NCBI GenBank assembly: GCA_051294375.1
Contig: CM119270.1
Location: forward strand, 11,404,141-11,468,140
DNA: 64,000 nt
Direction: 5' to 3'
From: Paraspadella gotoi
Lineage: Eukaryota; Animalia; Chaetognatha
Below, one piece after another: positions 28,301 to 41,700 of the stretch; position 1 is the stretch's first letter, and every line of letters begins with the position of its first letter. The notes under the pieces were generated by a model, which searched no databases, was not told the origin of the DNA, and saw nothing but the letters and a program-made list of their open reading frames with translations. A program made the translations under genes and the position numbers.

Positions 28301-28806
28301 TGAGTAGAAATCGGGGGCCAGGAGGGGTGATTGATCATGGGGAGATAGGGTATGTAGGAATTGTGACAAGGAGGAAACATGGGAAGAGATTGTTAGAGAG
28401 ATAAGCCGCAGAGACCGTAAAGAGTGGAATGGAAGTTAAGTAGAGGCTGATCTTAAAAGCCAAGTCAAGTCGAGTGGATGAAACTTTTTAAAGCCCTATG
28501 CGAAGTCATGCATTGAATTTAGTTGACTCGATTGATGAGTAGCTTGAATCAAGGATGATCTAAAGTCGCTAAAACAACGAAATTCTATCTTCTTCTTCCT
28601 TTCACGGTTTCACAGATTCACTGCCAACCGCCTCACCCGACGAACGAACCGTTCACAGTTCGACAAACTACTACAACAACTTCACGAAAAAAACCGCACA
28701 CCGTCACGTACAAAGGTGGGCCACAAAAAAATATCGCCCCTCAATAGGACCCGCCAGAAACTCACGGCCTGGAAATCACCGACCCGGAATTGCCGGACCC
28801 AGCTGA
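19877..28806 (+). pseudogene. Second, frameshifted copy of the SUEL-lectin membrane protein gene (probably an error-rich duplicate in the assembly rather than a true pseudogene)
   Basis: The same exons appear in the same order (e.g. 20396-20523, 25012-25106, 25810-25893, stop 28804-28806) but carry many 1-2 nt indels relative to the 36177-44361 copy. Confidence 0.7.
25133..25744. mobile_element. Duplicate copy of the foldback element
   Basis: Same ends (AAGGCGTAGT...ACTACGCCTT) and inner palindrome at 25381-25480. Confidence 0.7.
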
Positions 28807-30128
28807 GGCTTCAGGGTCTGCGCGGGTTCGAAGGAGGCTCTAGCGGGAGCCCCATGGGTTTGTGGGTTTGTAATGTCTCGCTGATTCGTGACTCGGAGTA
28901 ATGTCGATGAAAATCCCCTTTTTGGTCACCAATAAGATTTTAATTAAAGTTTTTGGTAATTTGGATAATGCGACGACCGATTAGCAACTAACCTCGGTTG
29001 GTTAAAAAAACTATGATCTTTACCACAAAACGAGGCGGCGCCTTACCAGACACTACCCTCCACTTACTTGAAGAAAATCAGCCGGTCGAAGCCTAGACCC
29101 TTCTGATCACAACTGCCCTTCTCCAGACGGGAATTGAAACGTTTGATCGATATAGATGGTTGAAAATAATATCGTTAGTTGTAGATTTATTAATCATTGT
29201 AATAGTTCTTTTTTTTAAATCTTTCCAAAACTTTTTCAAACGCCAGCTATCGATTTTTTTTTTCAATCAAACACTGAGACGTATAACTCCTTTTACGAGA
29301 AGTGAATCTATTTCAAATCATGTTTAAACTTTGCGATTGTGGCGTATAATTAAAAAAAAAAAGTATTTGTTACTATTTTTGACCCCCTTTTTTCGGTTTT
29401 TTTTCCTCGCTCCACTATAAGTTTTAGTGCCTCAAAAAATCATTTTTTCGTATAAATACCGGAAAAAACTAAATAAAAAAAAAGATATCCCTATCCGTGT
29501 AAACGATCGCCTTCATGCTTTTTTTCTCCCCTCACTCTGTCTTTGTTTCTCCCATTAAAACAAATCAATAGCGATGATCTTAAAAAAGAAAAAAATGACT
29601 ATTGCTCCGGTGGTAGATTATCTCCTCTTTCGTTATTGTTGGCCTTCTTGATGACAAAAACAACACAAACATTGATTCATTTGTAGCACTTTAAAAAAAA
29701 CGCCTATTAAATGTGAATCTCACCTTTCTCCATTTTTCGCCCCTGCCCTTTTTCCAATACATTAGATTATTAATTATATGATATTTAAATTTGAATCGAG
29801 ACAAAAATTTAAATCATTTGCCAAAGTAGCGCGCCGGGTGTTTCGTCTCTCTCTCTTTTAATAAAAGAAAACAAAAAAAGAAAATAACGTTAAATGTTTG
29901 TTCTGCTCACTCGTAAAAGTGTTTTTTTTCTTGAATCAGGCTTTTGAAAACGACGTTTTTTCCTATTTAATTTAGAGCGTATAATTTAATATTTGCCCAA
30001 ACAATATTTTGACAATGTTTATTACCTTTGCAAAATTAAAAAATAAATCAATATTCGTGTCATACGACTTTTTATTTTGTAGAGATAATTCTCAAAATAG
30101 ACTCGATAATTTCAAAATTAAATAGTTA

Positions 30129-30547
30129 GGGCCAAGTAGATATTGAAATTATATTTTGAGCTATCAAGAGTTAAGATTTAATCTTTCGAAAAATGAGTAT
30201 ATCTTAAATTCAACTGACTTAAATCATCCTGAAACTTCCTTTTCTTGATTTCTAATCTATGTTTTTCTCGGTGCCATGTACATTGTATTAATCTTAAAAT
30301 AAAGTGTTGTAAATATTCAGTATTTACTATTAAATCACTATTATTCTATATAATTATTAAACATTTTGAAATTATTGGAAAGGCATGGTTGCTGTTTTGT
30401 TTAAAGAGGAAAGTACTACGAAGCGCTAACGGTTGTAACTCACTCTAGTTGTGTTTAATAAACTTTTTTATTTGGAAACAACTAGTGTGAAATTAGTACA
30501 ACCAATAAAAATTATCAATTCATTTGATAATAAAGCTATCTTGGCCC
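30129..30547. mobile_element. Possible old MITE (GGGCCAAG...CTTGGCCC ends)
   Basis: A 13-bp perfect inverted repeat, AGTTAGGGCCAAG (30124-30136) / CTTGGCCCTAACT (30540-30552), surrounds an AT-rich interior with TTA/TAA flanks. The counterpart is at ~45660-46070. Confidence 0.3.
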
Positions 30548-31100
30548 TAACTTTGGACAGGCTATTGGTGGGTGAGGGGCAGACTACAGTCAAGAATCCG
30601 AAGTGCGAAGCAAAGAAATAACAGGGGGGTAATTTTCCTGGTCTGTCTGGCCTCTAAACTATATCAATATTATTTTTTTAGAAAGAAAAAAATCCATGTT
30701 TAACTGCGCTTTTCCTCTTAAAAAGTCTCAGGACAGTTTGTGTACGTACACCTGGGCCAAAACGAGTATACATTTGATAAGTCCACTGGTCATTCTTCCC
30801 TTTATCTATCTCGCAAAAAATAGGCTTAAATTTGAACCTCTCTTTAAATAAGAATAAAAAATAGATATAATCAAAGAGTCTTCAGCGCATAATATTTATA
30901 TTAATAATTAAATAAAATGTATGGTAAAGCAACAATGTTTTGAAAAAGTAATCGAGACGTAAACAAATCCCATGCAACGGAGTTTTTGATGTGACTGAAA
31001 TCTGCAATCGAATGGGCATCTGGGATTCAATATACTAAACTACATTCTCGATTGGTCGTAATCAAGCTATCATTATTGTCAAGTCTTCGAGATGATGTTC

Positions 31101-31770
31101 TTCAAATGGCCGCCATATTTTGGTGAGATCATATCCGTTCTTCCGTTCTGCTGCTGTTGCTGTTGCTCCCACCTCCTCTCCATCGATCTCTCCAATTGAG
31201 ACGACCTTCCAAATCTTCTTCCTCTTCCTCCTCCTGAACTCTCGACCTCCTCGGGTTCCTCTTCTCCAAGAGCGACGCCGACACTGACGCTTAAGTTGTT
31301 GTCTCCGCCTTGTTGTTGTTGTTGTCGTTGTCCTCGGTTGATCTCGTCTTCCTCTCCGTCCTCTCGTCGCAGGAAACTCTTCCCGCGACGCTTTTTGTAG
31401 GTAATCGTCTCCAGGGACGGGGAAGACGAGCGCCGCCGCCGCGACAGCATCCCCCGACGCGGCCGCAGACGCTTTCTCCGGACTCCCTGAACATCGGATA
31501 CGAGGAGACGCCGACGATGCGACCCCGAGGATCGAGGAAAAGACGCCGCCGTCGCCGACACGCGACGCCAGGTTCGGTCTTTACGACGACGGCGTTTCGG
31601 ATCGACGATCGTAGTTTTTAGAAAAGAGGGTCACCGGACGAGGAGGTGGGGATTGCTGTTGAGGATGATGCGGGTGGGGATTACTGGTTGAGGATGATTG
31701 CGGTTGAAGATGCTGTGCAGGATGATGCGGCTGGGGATGCTGGGAAGACGAGGTTGAGAGTGTTCGCTGA
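31101..31770 (-). pseudogene. Truncated, frameshifted duplicate of the IWRPF terminal exon
   Basis: Aligns by eye to 46611-47250 and ends abruptly at the duplication junction (~31770). Confidence 0.7.
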
Positions 31771-31964
31771 TCTCTCTCTTGAGAGAGAGAGAGTAGACGC
31801 GGGATTTAGACGTTCGAATCATCATGGCCAATTGGCCATCGTCGTCGTCTTCGTTCTAGTCGTCATCGTCGTCTTCAAATTTGTAAGAGAAGATTGTAAT
31901 CATTGTATTGATTGTAATTCGAGAGTTTGGCGTCGAAGAGTCGACGAACCGATGGAGATGACGT

Positions 31965-32471
31965 NNNNNNNNNNNNNNNNNNNNNNNNNNNNNNNNNNNN
32001 NNNNNNNNNNNNNNNNNNNNNNNNNNNNNNNNNNNNNNNNNNNNNNNNNNNNNNNNNNNNNNNNNNNNNNNNNNNNNNNNNNNNNNNNNNNNNNNNNNNN
32101 NNNNNNNNNNNNNNNNNNNNNNNNNNNNNNNNNNNNNNNNNNNNNNNNNNNNNNNNNNNNNNNNNNNNNNNNNNNNNNNNNNNNNNNNNNNNNNNNNNNN
32201 NNNNNNNNNNNNNNNNNNNNNNNNNNNNNNNNNNNNNNNNNNNNNNNNNNNNNNNNNNNNNNNNNNNNNNNNNNNNNNNNNNNNNNNNNNNNNNNNNNNN
32301 NNNNNNNNNNNNNNNNNNNNNNNNNNNNNNNNNNNNNNNNNNNNNNNNNNNNNNNNNNNNNNNNNNNNNNNNNNNNNNNNNNNNNNNNNNNNNNNNNNNN
32401 NNNNNNNNNNNNNNNNNNNNNNNNNNNNNNNNNNNNNNNNNNNNNNNNNNNNNNNNNNNNNNNNNNNNNNN
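31965..32471. other. Assembly gap (largest); smaller gaps at 8429-8438, 15233-15257, 32614-32623, 48048-48057, 52779-52788, 55911-55935, 60601-60625
   Basis: Runs of N; the small gaps have fixed sizes of 10 or 25. Confidence 1.
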
Positions 32472-32504
<33 letters not shown>

Positions 32505-33143
32505 CAGAGAAAGTTAGGTGCACGTTTAAAGATACATTTTTGAGTACTGAACTGAACTGAAGAAAAAGTAATCATGGACGACAGATTCGATCGTTTCGTT
32601 CAAGTCTTCGTCGNNNNNNNNNNCGTCGTCGTCCTCATCATCCGCGTCCTTGACGTCGTCGTCTCAGACGTCAAGAGCTTTCATCATCTTCGTTGTCGCA
32701 GTCAACGTTCGTTTTCAATTTAGTTGAGTAAAACCAAAATTAGTTTCTCTTTATCATTTTTTTAAATCGACAAAAGACACAGTCACAGCCGTGAGGCTGG
32801 TCGCTTAAAAATCATTAGGATATCGCAGAATTAAACTTAAGTCTATTTTCTCATTAATTGGTATGATAGAAGAGTACTTTTAACTGGGTTATGTCATTTA
32901 AGATGCTTTGGTCTTCGAAAAAAATTGTTTTTTAACCATTCAAAAGGCAGACAATCTTAGACGAGCAATGAGTTTTCGAATTACAAAACCCAAATTAACT
33001 ATAATTTAAAAAAGTGTTTTGACTACTTCTTTGGCGCCACTAACGAGCGGTTCCGTTGCGGCTTTTTGGTTACGTCACCGCCGTGTGCAATGCCATTACG
33101 AATTGATGAAGTGGTAACGAGAATGGAGTTAAGAGCCACCTCA

Positions 33144-33176
<33 letters not shown>

Positions 33177-33178
33177 CT

Positions 33179-33235
<57 letters not shown>

Positions 33236-34127
33236 CTCTCCTCTCTCACGTATAAATAATTTCCATTTGGAAAGAGAGCCCTTTCAGTCAGCGTGAAAGG
33301 GTCGTTCTCCTTTTCGGTAAAACGCGTCTTTGCTTTTCGGTCGTCGGACCCTCGTTGCAGATGCGAGCCAATATCGCTGGCGGCAACCAACGACGTTGCT
33401 CTTGAATTGCAGAATTCCTAACGTGTGACGATGAACGGCGAGGAGGAGCTAACCAAACGTTGGAATTCGAGAAGCAGAAGTCGTTGGCGTATTCGCTTTT
33501 GAACAATTACGACCCGGGGAGTCTGCGCCATATTTATCGTGAATTCCTTTATTATTCCCATTGCCATTTTGTTTGTTTACTTTTATTGCTTCGCTTTAAT
33601 TTTCGTTCCAACTTTTTTTTTATCCCATTTTTTACAAAATTTCTGGAAATGTGAATCGCTAAAAAGATATATATCCACGATTCCGTAAAACTCAGTCTGT
33701 TCTTGTAAGGCATAGTCTGACATAGTAAGGCATAGTCTGACATAGTCCACCAGTAAAATTGTTGTCGGGCATTGCAAAACTATTAGTGATTTTTTCAATA
33801 AGACCAACCATTAAAAATCTGGAGTTAAGGGGAACCGACGACCACTTTACGCCTTCCCCTCTTTCACGTGAAATCCGCGTGAGACGATAATTCACGCGAG
33901 ACTCGAACGCGTTTCCCGTTTCGAGCGCCACTCTCCACTTTCGCGGCGAAGGGGGGAACGGGGGGGGCGGTATTTTGGGAGGAGGTGGGAGGTGACTGAA
34001 GGAAGAATGGAGTGAGAGAGAGATGGAGTTTCTGATGTTGAGCACGAATTCTACTTTCCCGTCGAAGGTTTATAAGAAACTAAAGTAGGTGAAAGGATAA
34101 GGATAGAAACGGAAAATATATATATGT

Positions 34128-34288
34128 TGTAGCGGTAGTATTTCATACCCCGTTACTCGTCCGAGAATCAGCAGCACCTATGGCGCCGGAGGTAGCACGA
34201 GCTCCTCCCAACCCAAAGGGCTCGGGTTCGCGGCATAGGTGCTGCTGATTCTCGGACGAGTAACGGGGTATGAAATACTACCGCTACA
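34128..34288. mobile_element. 161-bp palindromic element with TGTAG...CTACA ends, perfect 55-bp inverted repeats and 4-bp TSD
   Basis: 34128-34182 is the exact reverse complement of 34234-34288, and ATGT is duplicated on both flanks (34124-34127, 34289-34292). The interior 34174-34242 is tRNA-sized with an A-box-like TGGCGCCGGAGGTAGC and a degenerate GGTTCG B box. Confidence 0.85.
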
Positions 34289-35022
34289 ATGTAGAGTTTT
34301 TCCGCATTTAGGTATTCTATAAAAAATAGAAAAAGAGTGAAGACCGAAGCGACGCGAAGCCAAGAAGAATCACCCGGAAAGATAAAACAGTAAAAAAAAA
34401 AGTGAAGAGAAGGCGGGAGCCAATTAGGCGAAGGTGGCGAAGAGAAGAGGGAAGATCGACGATAATGAGGAAAAGTAAATGACGAGGAAAAAAGAAAAGG
34501 AAACAAAAATAGGAGAGGCCAAAACGGAGGAAGGTGTGACGACCGGAAGGGAGAAAGTTCGAAGAGACTGACCTCCGCGAGAAGCGACGGGCGTTGATTG
34601 ATCGGAGTCTCGTCCAAAATATATGATTAACTTGGATACTATTATGTTTTTGAACGATAGGGGTTAGTTTAAACTTCGTCTATAAAGATGACAATAAACG
34701 TCAGTTCCTTATGGCTCTGCTAGGAATTGAGAATTCCCTACTGGCGCAAAATATGTACAGAGTCAGAGACAACGCAAACTGCTGCTTGTATTTATTTAGA
34801 TAAAATAACTGACACACACTCGCATCTGACATTTAGTGGTGGCTCTTGCAATCATGCGAGGTGCGCATCTCCCTAGGGTGCGAATCGAAAATAACGCCTT
34901 CAAAGTGGCGCTGAAGAAAAATACAAAAAGACAAACGAAATCCCGTTAAGTCTTTATTTTATTCATGTGAAAACAAAAGGGAAATATCGTGAGACAGGAG
35001 GAAGAGATGAAGAGAGAGAGAG

Positions 35023-35092
<70 letters not shown>

Positions 35093-35207
35093 AGAGCGAA
35101 GAAGAGATTCTCCCCATTTCTTCTTGCACGACTGTCGACTTCTTCGGTCGTTAATCATGAAAACATTCACATTATGTCTCTAACACCTGAGCATTACCTC
35201 TCTTTCT

Positions 35208-35257
<50 letters not shown>

Positions 35258-35653
35258 CTCTCTCCTTCTCTCTCTCTCTCTCTCTCCTCTTCTCCTTACT
35301 CTATTTCCACTCTCCTTTTTCGGACTCAAAAGGCGTTTCGTTTCCTCATTTTTCTTTCTCCTCCAATCGCATTAAGAAACCATTTGACAGTTTCATCTTC
35401 TCTAATTATTCTTTATACATTTTCCTCTATTTTTGAACTCCTAATGCACTTTCTTCAACGCTCTCAAAAACGAAGTACTTTTGACAAAAATATCTCCTGG
35501 AGTAGAAATTATTTGGTGTCAAAAAAAATGTTCTCATATTTCTAAGATATTTTTTTTTTAATTTATTTAATATTTGAAACATTTTTTTAGTTAATTTTTT
35601 TCATTGTTCTTCGGCGACGTTTTCCGAGAAAATCGTCTGTCGTTGCCGCCGAC

Positions 35654-35790
35654 ATGATTTGTGACAGATCAGCGACTCGATTTCTTTCCGTCGTCAACTT
35701 TTATTGGATTTGTCGTCGTCGTCGTCGTCGTTTCCGTCGTCGTCGTGATTTTCTTTTGAGGCGCGAGAAACTTTCTCTTTCACTTCAAGT
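35654..35790 (+). CDS. Candidate first (signal-peptide) exon of the lectin-domain gene
   Basis: ATG at 35654 lies in a Kozak-like context (GCCGCCGACATG), ~520 nt upstream of the first lectin exon. A (GTC)n run could encode a poly-Val hydrophobic core if one sequencing frameshift is assumed. The donor site is not clearly resolved. Confidence 0.35.
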
Positions 35791-35894
35791 CACTCGCTTT
35801 TTAGCTTTTTTTAAACTTTTACGATTGTTGCAGTCATTGGCCTTTTTTTCCCTTTATTTATTCTATTTTCACGTTTTATTTTTCTTTTCTATTC

Positions 35895-35998
35895 AATTCT
35901 TTTCTTTTCTTTTCTTTTCTTTTCTTTTCTTTTCTTTTCTTTTCTTTTCTTTTCTTTTCTTTTCTTTTCTTTTCTTTTCTTTTCTTTTCTTTTCTTTT
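35895..35998 (+). repeat. (TTTTC)n pentanucleotide microsatellite
   Basis: Direct read; a degenerate counterpart is at ~20120-20230. Confidence 0.9.
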
Positions 35999-36176
35999 TG
36001 TTTTCTTCTCAACTGACTGTAAAATCGCTTCCGAAATTAGAAACATTCACTTAACATTATTCTTTCCCCTTTCCCATTCCCCTTCTCCCTACGGCCCAAC
36101 ATCCTTTCCTTCCTCAATCCTCTTCCTCCCTCTCGTCCTTCACCCTCTCCTTACTCATCCTTTTTTCCATTTTCAG

Positions 36177-37604
36177 GTGACGCGAAAATCGAGTCAGAAT
36201 GCAGCAACTCCTACTTCATCCGCGCGCTTCCCCTCAGATGCGAAAAGGGAACGACGATCAAAATCTTGTCAGCGTTTTACGGCTGGTGGTTTGCTAACAG
36301 GTCAGTTATGGAAGGGACATAACGGGTCAGAGGGTCTGCGGGGTCATTGGTAAGGTAAACAGTCAGTCGTGAAATGCATAAGGACGAGTTGTCGTTGATT
36401 TCGCTGACTGGTCATTCATGGATGAGTAATGGACTGATAAGTATTTGATCGATCGTTAGCCAGGTGACGATCGGCAAAATGCCAACAGGTGAGCGAGGGG
36501 ATTTCGCGAAGGGTGAGTGGTGTTTGACGACCCGGTTGGGCGGCAATGGTTTTGACAACGGGATGGAACTGAAGGTATTAGGATGTTTGGAATGAGAAGG
36601 ATCGAATCGGGATTGATTTTGACTCGAACAGAAATACTTCAACGGTTTTCAAGGAAGGAGTCAATGAAAAAAGAGAGTTTTTGAAAAGTTGGTACGAAAC
36701 TACGAAAGTGGTTGAAAGAAGAAGGTAGTTGTTGGCGTTGGGTAGATGAGCAGGTGGCGCTGGTGGTCGTGTTTTTTCCACGGCCGAGGCCGCTCGCAAT
36801 CAGCGCCAACAGGTGGCGACCGAAAGAATCGACGGCGCGTGAAATCAGGCGTCGAAGAAAGAATCGGCAATGGAGGGTTGGAGGTGGATTGGAAGGAGTG
36901 AGAATAGCGGGGAAGAGTAGAATGGGATGGTGGAAAAGATAGAGAGTGGGGAGAAGAAAAGGGACGGAGATATATTGTGTGTGGGACAAGCGAAGAGACG
37001 GTTTCAAATGACGGGGATTAACTCTCGGTCATCAGGTGATGAAATTGTGCTTGGTTCAATGTGTCAACGTGAAATCTGATAAAATGCAATTTTTCGAGTT
37101 TGTCATTGTTGTTGTCGTTGTTGCTTTGGAGAGGTCGTTGGCAATCAGTTTGATTAGATTCGTCCGAATGAAAAAAAAATATAATAAGCCGAAGGCGATA
37201 TTCTTAGACGCAATCAGGGAGTCCTGTTAATTTCATTCTCAGAGGGCAGATGAACTGAGAAGACTGATTCCTACTATTTGATACCGAAGTTATATTTTTA
37301 CAGAATAGTACCTAAAGTTAAACTTAAAACCTTAAAGAAAGAAATTAGAGGCTCACTTGCATTTACTGAGGACCAGAGAGAGGGCAAGAAAGAGGGAAAA
37401 AGAAAGAGAGAAAGATAAAAAGCGAGAGAGAGAGAGATGCAAAAAAAGTAAGGGAGAAAAAAAGAAGTGAAAAGGAAGAAAAGAAGGAAGCGTTCGCCCG
37501 CTAAGGGAGCGCCATTATAGCAGCCATAATGAAAAAATTATGACCCTGGGCACAAAATTTGACAACCTCGGAAGCGTTCAGGCCCTGGACGAGCCTCGAG
37601 GGGA

Positions 37605-37669
<65 letters not shown>

Positions 37670-37897
37670 TTTGTGAAAAGTTTTTGTGGCCGTCAGGTTC
37701 AGGGTTTTTTTTCTTTATTTTCTCAAGAAAGGAAATTTCTCTATAGACGATAAATATGTTTTGTGATGTCGAATAAATGTCAGGGGGACTTCTTAGTGTG
37801 AGAAGATTTTGTGTGGATTTCCGAAAAGTTTCATCTCCATAACAACAAGAACATATTTTGTCAATTCTTTCTTGTGACTCTTTCTCTCTCTCTCTCT

Positions 37898-37933
<36 letters not shown>

Positions 37934-37962
37934 TCTCTCTTCTCTCTCTTCTCTCTCTCTCT

Positions 37963-38002
<40 letters not shown>

Positions 38003-38707
38003 AGTGAGCTACTCAAAGAAAAAATCTTTCCTATTTTCCTTCTTCCCTTGATGTTCTACTTCTATTTCTACCCTCATTTTTGCTTAGAACTTCTACTGAA
38101 GTATTTATTTGGTTTGTTTTTTTTACAAATTGCTTTTTGTTTGTTTTTGTTTTTTTCTTTATGCAACGTCTTTTATAATGTTTTAACATTCTTTTATCAA
38201 ACTATCAAATTTTATTACTATCCAATGACGCTTTGGTTCAACGCCTTTCCTCCCCTTGCAAGATAATCTGCCAAATCTTATCTGTTGAAATTTCCCAAAC
38301 CAACTGAAGTTCTCTCAACGCGACCCGATCTTTGAATCTCACCACCATATCTATGCGATTTAACCACCAATAGGAAACATTGACCAACCGGCAGCCTTTT
38401 GATAAAATCTCTCGCTTCAACTAAAAACGTAGTAGGTTCTCAACCACCGTTCATTTAACGTTTCTCCCTTTGACCTTTGACCTTTGACCTTTGACCTCTG
38501 AGTTCATTCATCCGCTGCTTTGTTCATACACCACTCCCTTGTGAGTCAGTCACCGCCACTACCATTACCCCATCGTCGCTGCCCCATAACCGCAGAGAAG
38601 TTACCACCGTGCCAACTCCCAGGAAACGCCGGGGAAGGCTCATAGCGCCGTTCTGATATATGGCTCTGTCTTTAGAGCCCGCAGTAAAATAATGGATTCG
38701 GAGGGAG

Positions 38708-38768
<61 letters not shown>

Positions 38769-41700
38769 GAGAGGCGAGAGAGAGAGAGAAAGAGAGGAGA
38801 GACCGAGGCGTATTTTTTTTTTTATTAGAACAAAGCTGGGAACTTATATTGTAACGAGGGAACCTCGGGAAAAGCCACAAGAGGAAACTTTATAATTATT
38901 CAATTTGTGTAGATTTCAGTTGGGAAACGAAATGCAAAAGACAGAATATCAATTAGGCGCAGCGAGCAACATGTTGTTCTTTTAAGCTTTTATACAATCG
39001 GTTTGTATGAAATTAAAATCAACTCGGGTCGGATTAGTGGTTTTATTATCGCTCGTCAATTTTCTAAAAAAATTTTTCGTAACAATCTCGTAAATCACAG
39101 CTGGCATTGTTGTTTTGTTGTATACGATATTGTAATATTTTCCGTTGCAATATTGTCTTATTTCTTGTTTTTTGCTCTCTATTTTTTCTCTCTCACTGAT
39201 TGAGCTTCATTAAATTAATATTTATGACGATATATGTTGTATTTTTTACTTTGGACTTTGAGTCCCTATTTTTATAGCTTAAAATTTAAATAGTCAAATT
39301 TTATGGCTCATTTTTAGAAAACCAATAATCTAAGTCGTGATACATTTTTAACTTTCCCTTATGAAGTTTTAATATGTGACTTTATCAAAACAAATGTCTT
39401 ACAAATGTTACAGTTTAGCATGACCTCCCTTTCCCTTCCCTTCCAGTATTTTGTGAAATGTCCTGACATTAAGACTTTTTTTGTGATTTTAATTTTTTTT
39501 CTCCATCTCCCATCGACCCTCCCCATCCGCTGCTCAACTGCGCACATTGTTGCATTTTAAAACGAACACCATTTTACCAACAAACCCCCCCCTTAAACAA
39601 CATCGAATTTTTACTCTAACATTCATTAAAAAAACAGACAGTATGTATAATTTTGCTTTACTCACTTTTTGATTCTCACACCGATGGTCTGCTCTGCATT
39701 TTGTCGCTAATTTTTCACGAAATATTAAAGATTAATATTTATCACAGATTTATACATACTGTAAAAGTCATGGCAAAATTGTAGCAAATTATATCCTTTT
39801 TTTAAGCATGACTTATACAGTGATATGGTAATCAGAATGAAAATTAATATGGACATAAACATTGCATGTTGTGACTTGAAACAAGTTTGCACAAAAATTA
39901 TTTATAAAACCTGAAATATAATCTCCTAAATTTTTGAAGTCAGCATGGTTAATTGGCTAATAACATTATAAAAGACTTTAAGAATCGTCTTTTAGTTACT
40001 AACCTGAGCATCTCCCACTGATATTTTAAATTTTAGAGAGAAAATACATTCAGAAATAGAAGCATAATAGTTTTAAAAGTTTCATTTGGTGATCGGCTAA
40101 TATTTTCATAACTATAATAAACGGTGATGGATACTTTTTTCTTTTGGGCCATATATATGAACATCAACATTTTTTTCCAGATACTAGCTTTTTTAGTAAA
40201 AGATATTCTTTGCTTGAAAATATCTTCTCTATTTTTGCAATAAATCAAAAGTATCAAGTATGGTAATATTTTTATCACTTTTACACACGTTCTAATCGAA
40301 TTTAATCGGCATTATTCTTTTTAATTAAAAATTTATGCAATTTTTTAACCGAGCTTATATTATTCTTTTTACCCCCAAATTGTCCAATCTTCTTTACGTT
40401 TCATTGATCCTTACTTTTCATTTACTTTCCTTCCTTATTTTTTTTCCCGCTTTGTTTTATTTCACAATATTCTTTATTTTCTTTTTTCCTTCCTTTGTGG
40501 CCTTTCATTTTTTTTCTTTCCTTTCCTCCTTTCCATCTTTTTCTCTTTTTTCCTCCTCTCTCCCTTTTTTTCTTCCTCCATTTTTCCCTTTTTCTTTTTT
40601 CCATTCCTTCCATTTCTATTTTCAATATTGACAGAGACCATGGCTGTTCCTTTCGACCGGGAGACTGCACCCGAAATACGACTCAACCAAGAAGATGCAA
40701 CGGAAAACAAAATTGCTTGGTTAAGGTTTGTCAATAATGATTGTCTAATAAGGCGTAGTGAAAGTTACATACGAAAATTCTAAAAGTCAATTTATGAACA
40801 ACATACCATCAGTAAACATTAATTTGTAAAAAAAATTCATTTTATGTTTTTTAATTTCGCAGTAGGCTATATTTATATATAGTACTATCCTTATAAAATC
40901 AAAAATTTTCAAAATAGGCTTTTCTTAATTTTGATTGCAGATTTGGATTCCTCGTCAAAAGTTGATAAAAGAAATATAAATCATTTTTAAAAATTCTTTC
41001 ATTAAGTGGGTTAAAAATTAAAAAAACTATATTTAAATTAATAAAAAGTTAATTTTCAGCTTAAAATATAGTTTTTTTTAATTTTTACCCACTTAATGAA
41101 GGAATTTTTCAAAAAGAATTATATTTCTTTTTACAACTTTTTATGACGAATCCAAACTGCCAAAAAATCTAAGAAAAAAACTGTTTTAAAATTTTAACAT
41201 TTATTGGTTTTAGTACTAGTATAAAATGGCCTACTGCGTAAATTGTAAAATTTATTATAAATTTTTTTATTACATAAATGTTCATTAGTATAATGTTGTT
41301 CGTTCTCACTTTTAGAATTTTATTAAAGTTAAATTTAGAAATTTTACTACGCCTTATTGTCTAATTGATAGAAAGAAAAGATCAAATAAAAAATAACGAA
41401 AATTCTACAACAACATTCCAGGTTGAATATGGTTTCTCATGGTGGGGCCCATGCGATCCCTCTATGCATGATTACCTGCAGGTTCATTATGAATGCATTC
41501 CAGGTAATTCGATGAAGTTGTTAGTAAATTAAACTTATTTCGTATAACCTGAGCGTCTGAATCTTTTTTTCGTAGTCTGATGCAGCATTCTGACCTCTGT
41601 TAAAGATCATATCCTTCTAAACATAAACATTCGTTTAGTATAGCAAGTAGATTTACCCAAACGTCTTTCTTTCTCTTTAACCTATAGATTTAAGTCTTGT

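Noticed and set aside
31770-31792. ATCTCTCTCTT-GAGAGAG at the duplication junction resembling a long-read adapter remnant
   Set aside because: It is too short and indistinguishable from the CT/GA repeats that saturate this genome.
31646-32575. Long ORFs of 196-304 aa
   Set aside because: They run through a 507-N gap and the duplication junction.
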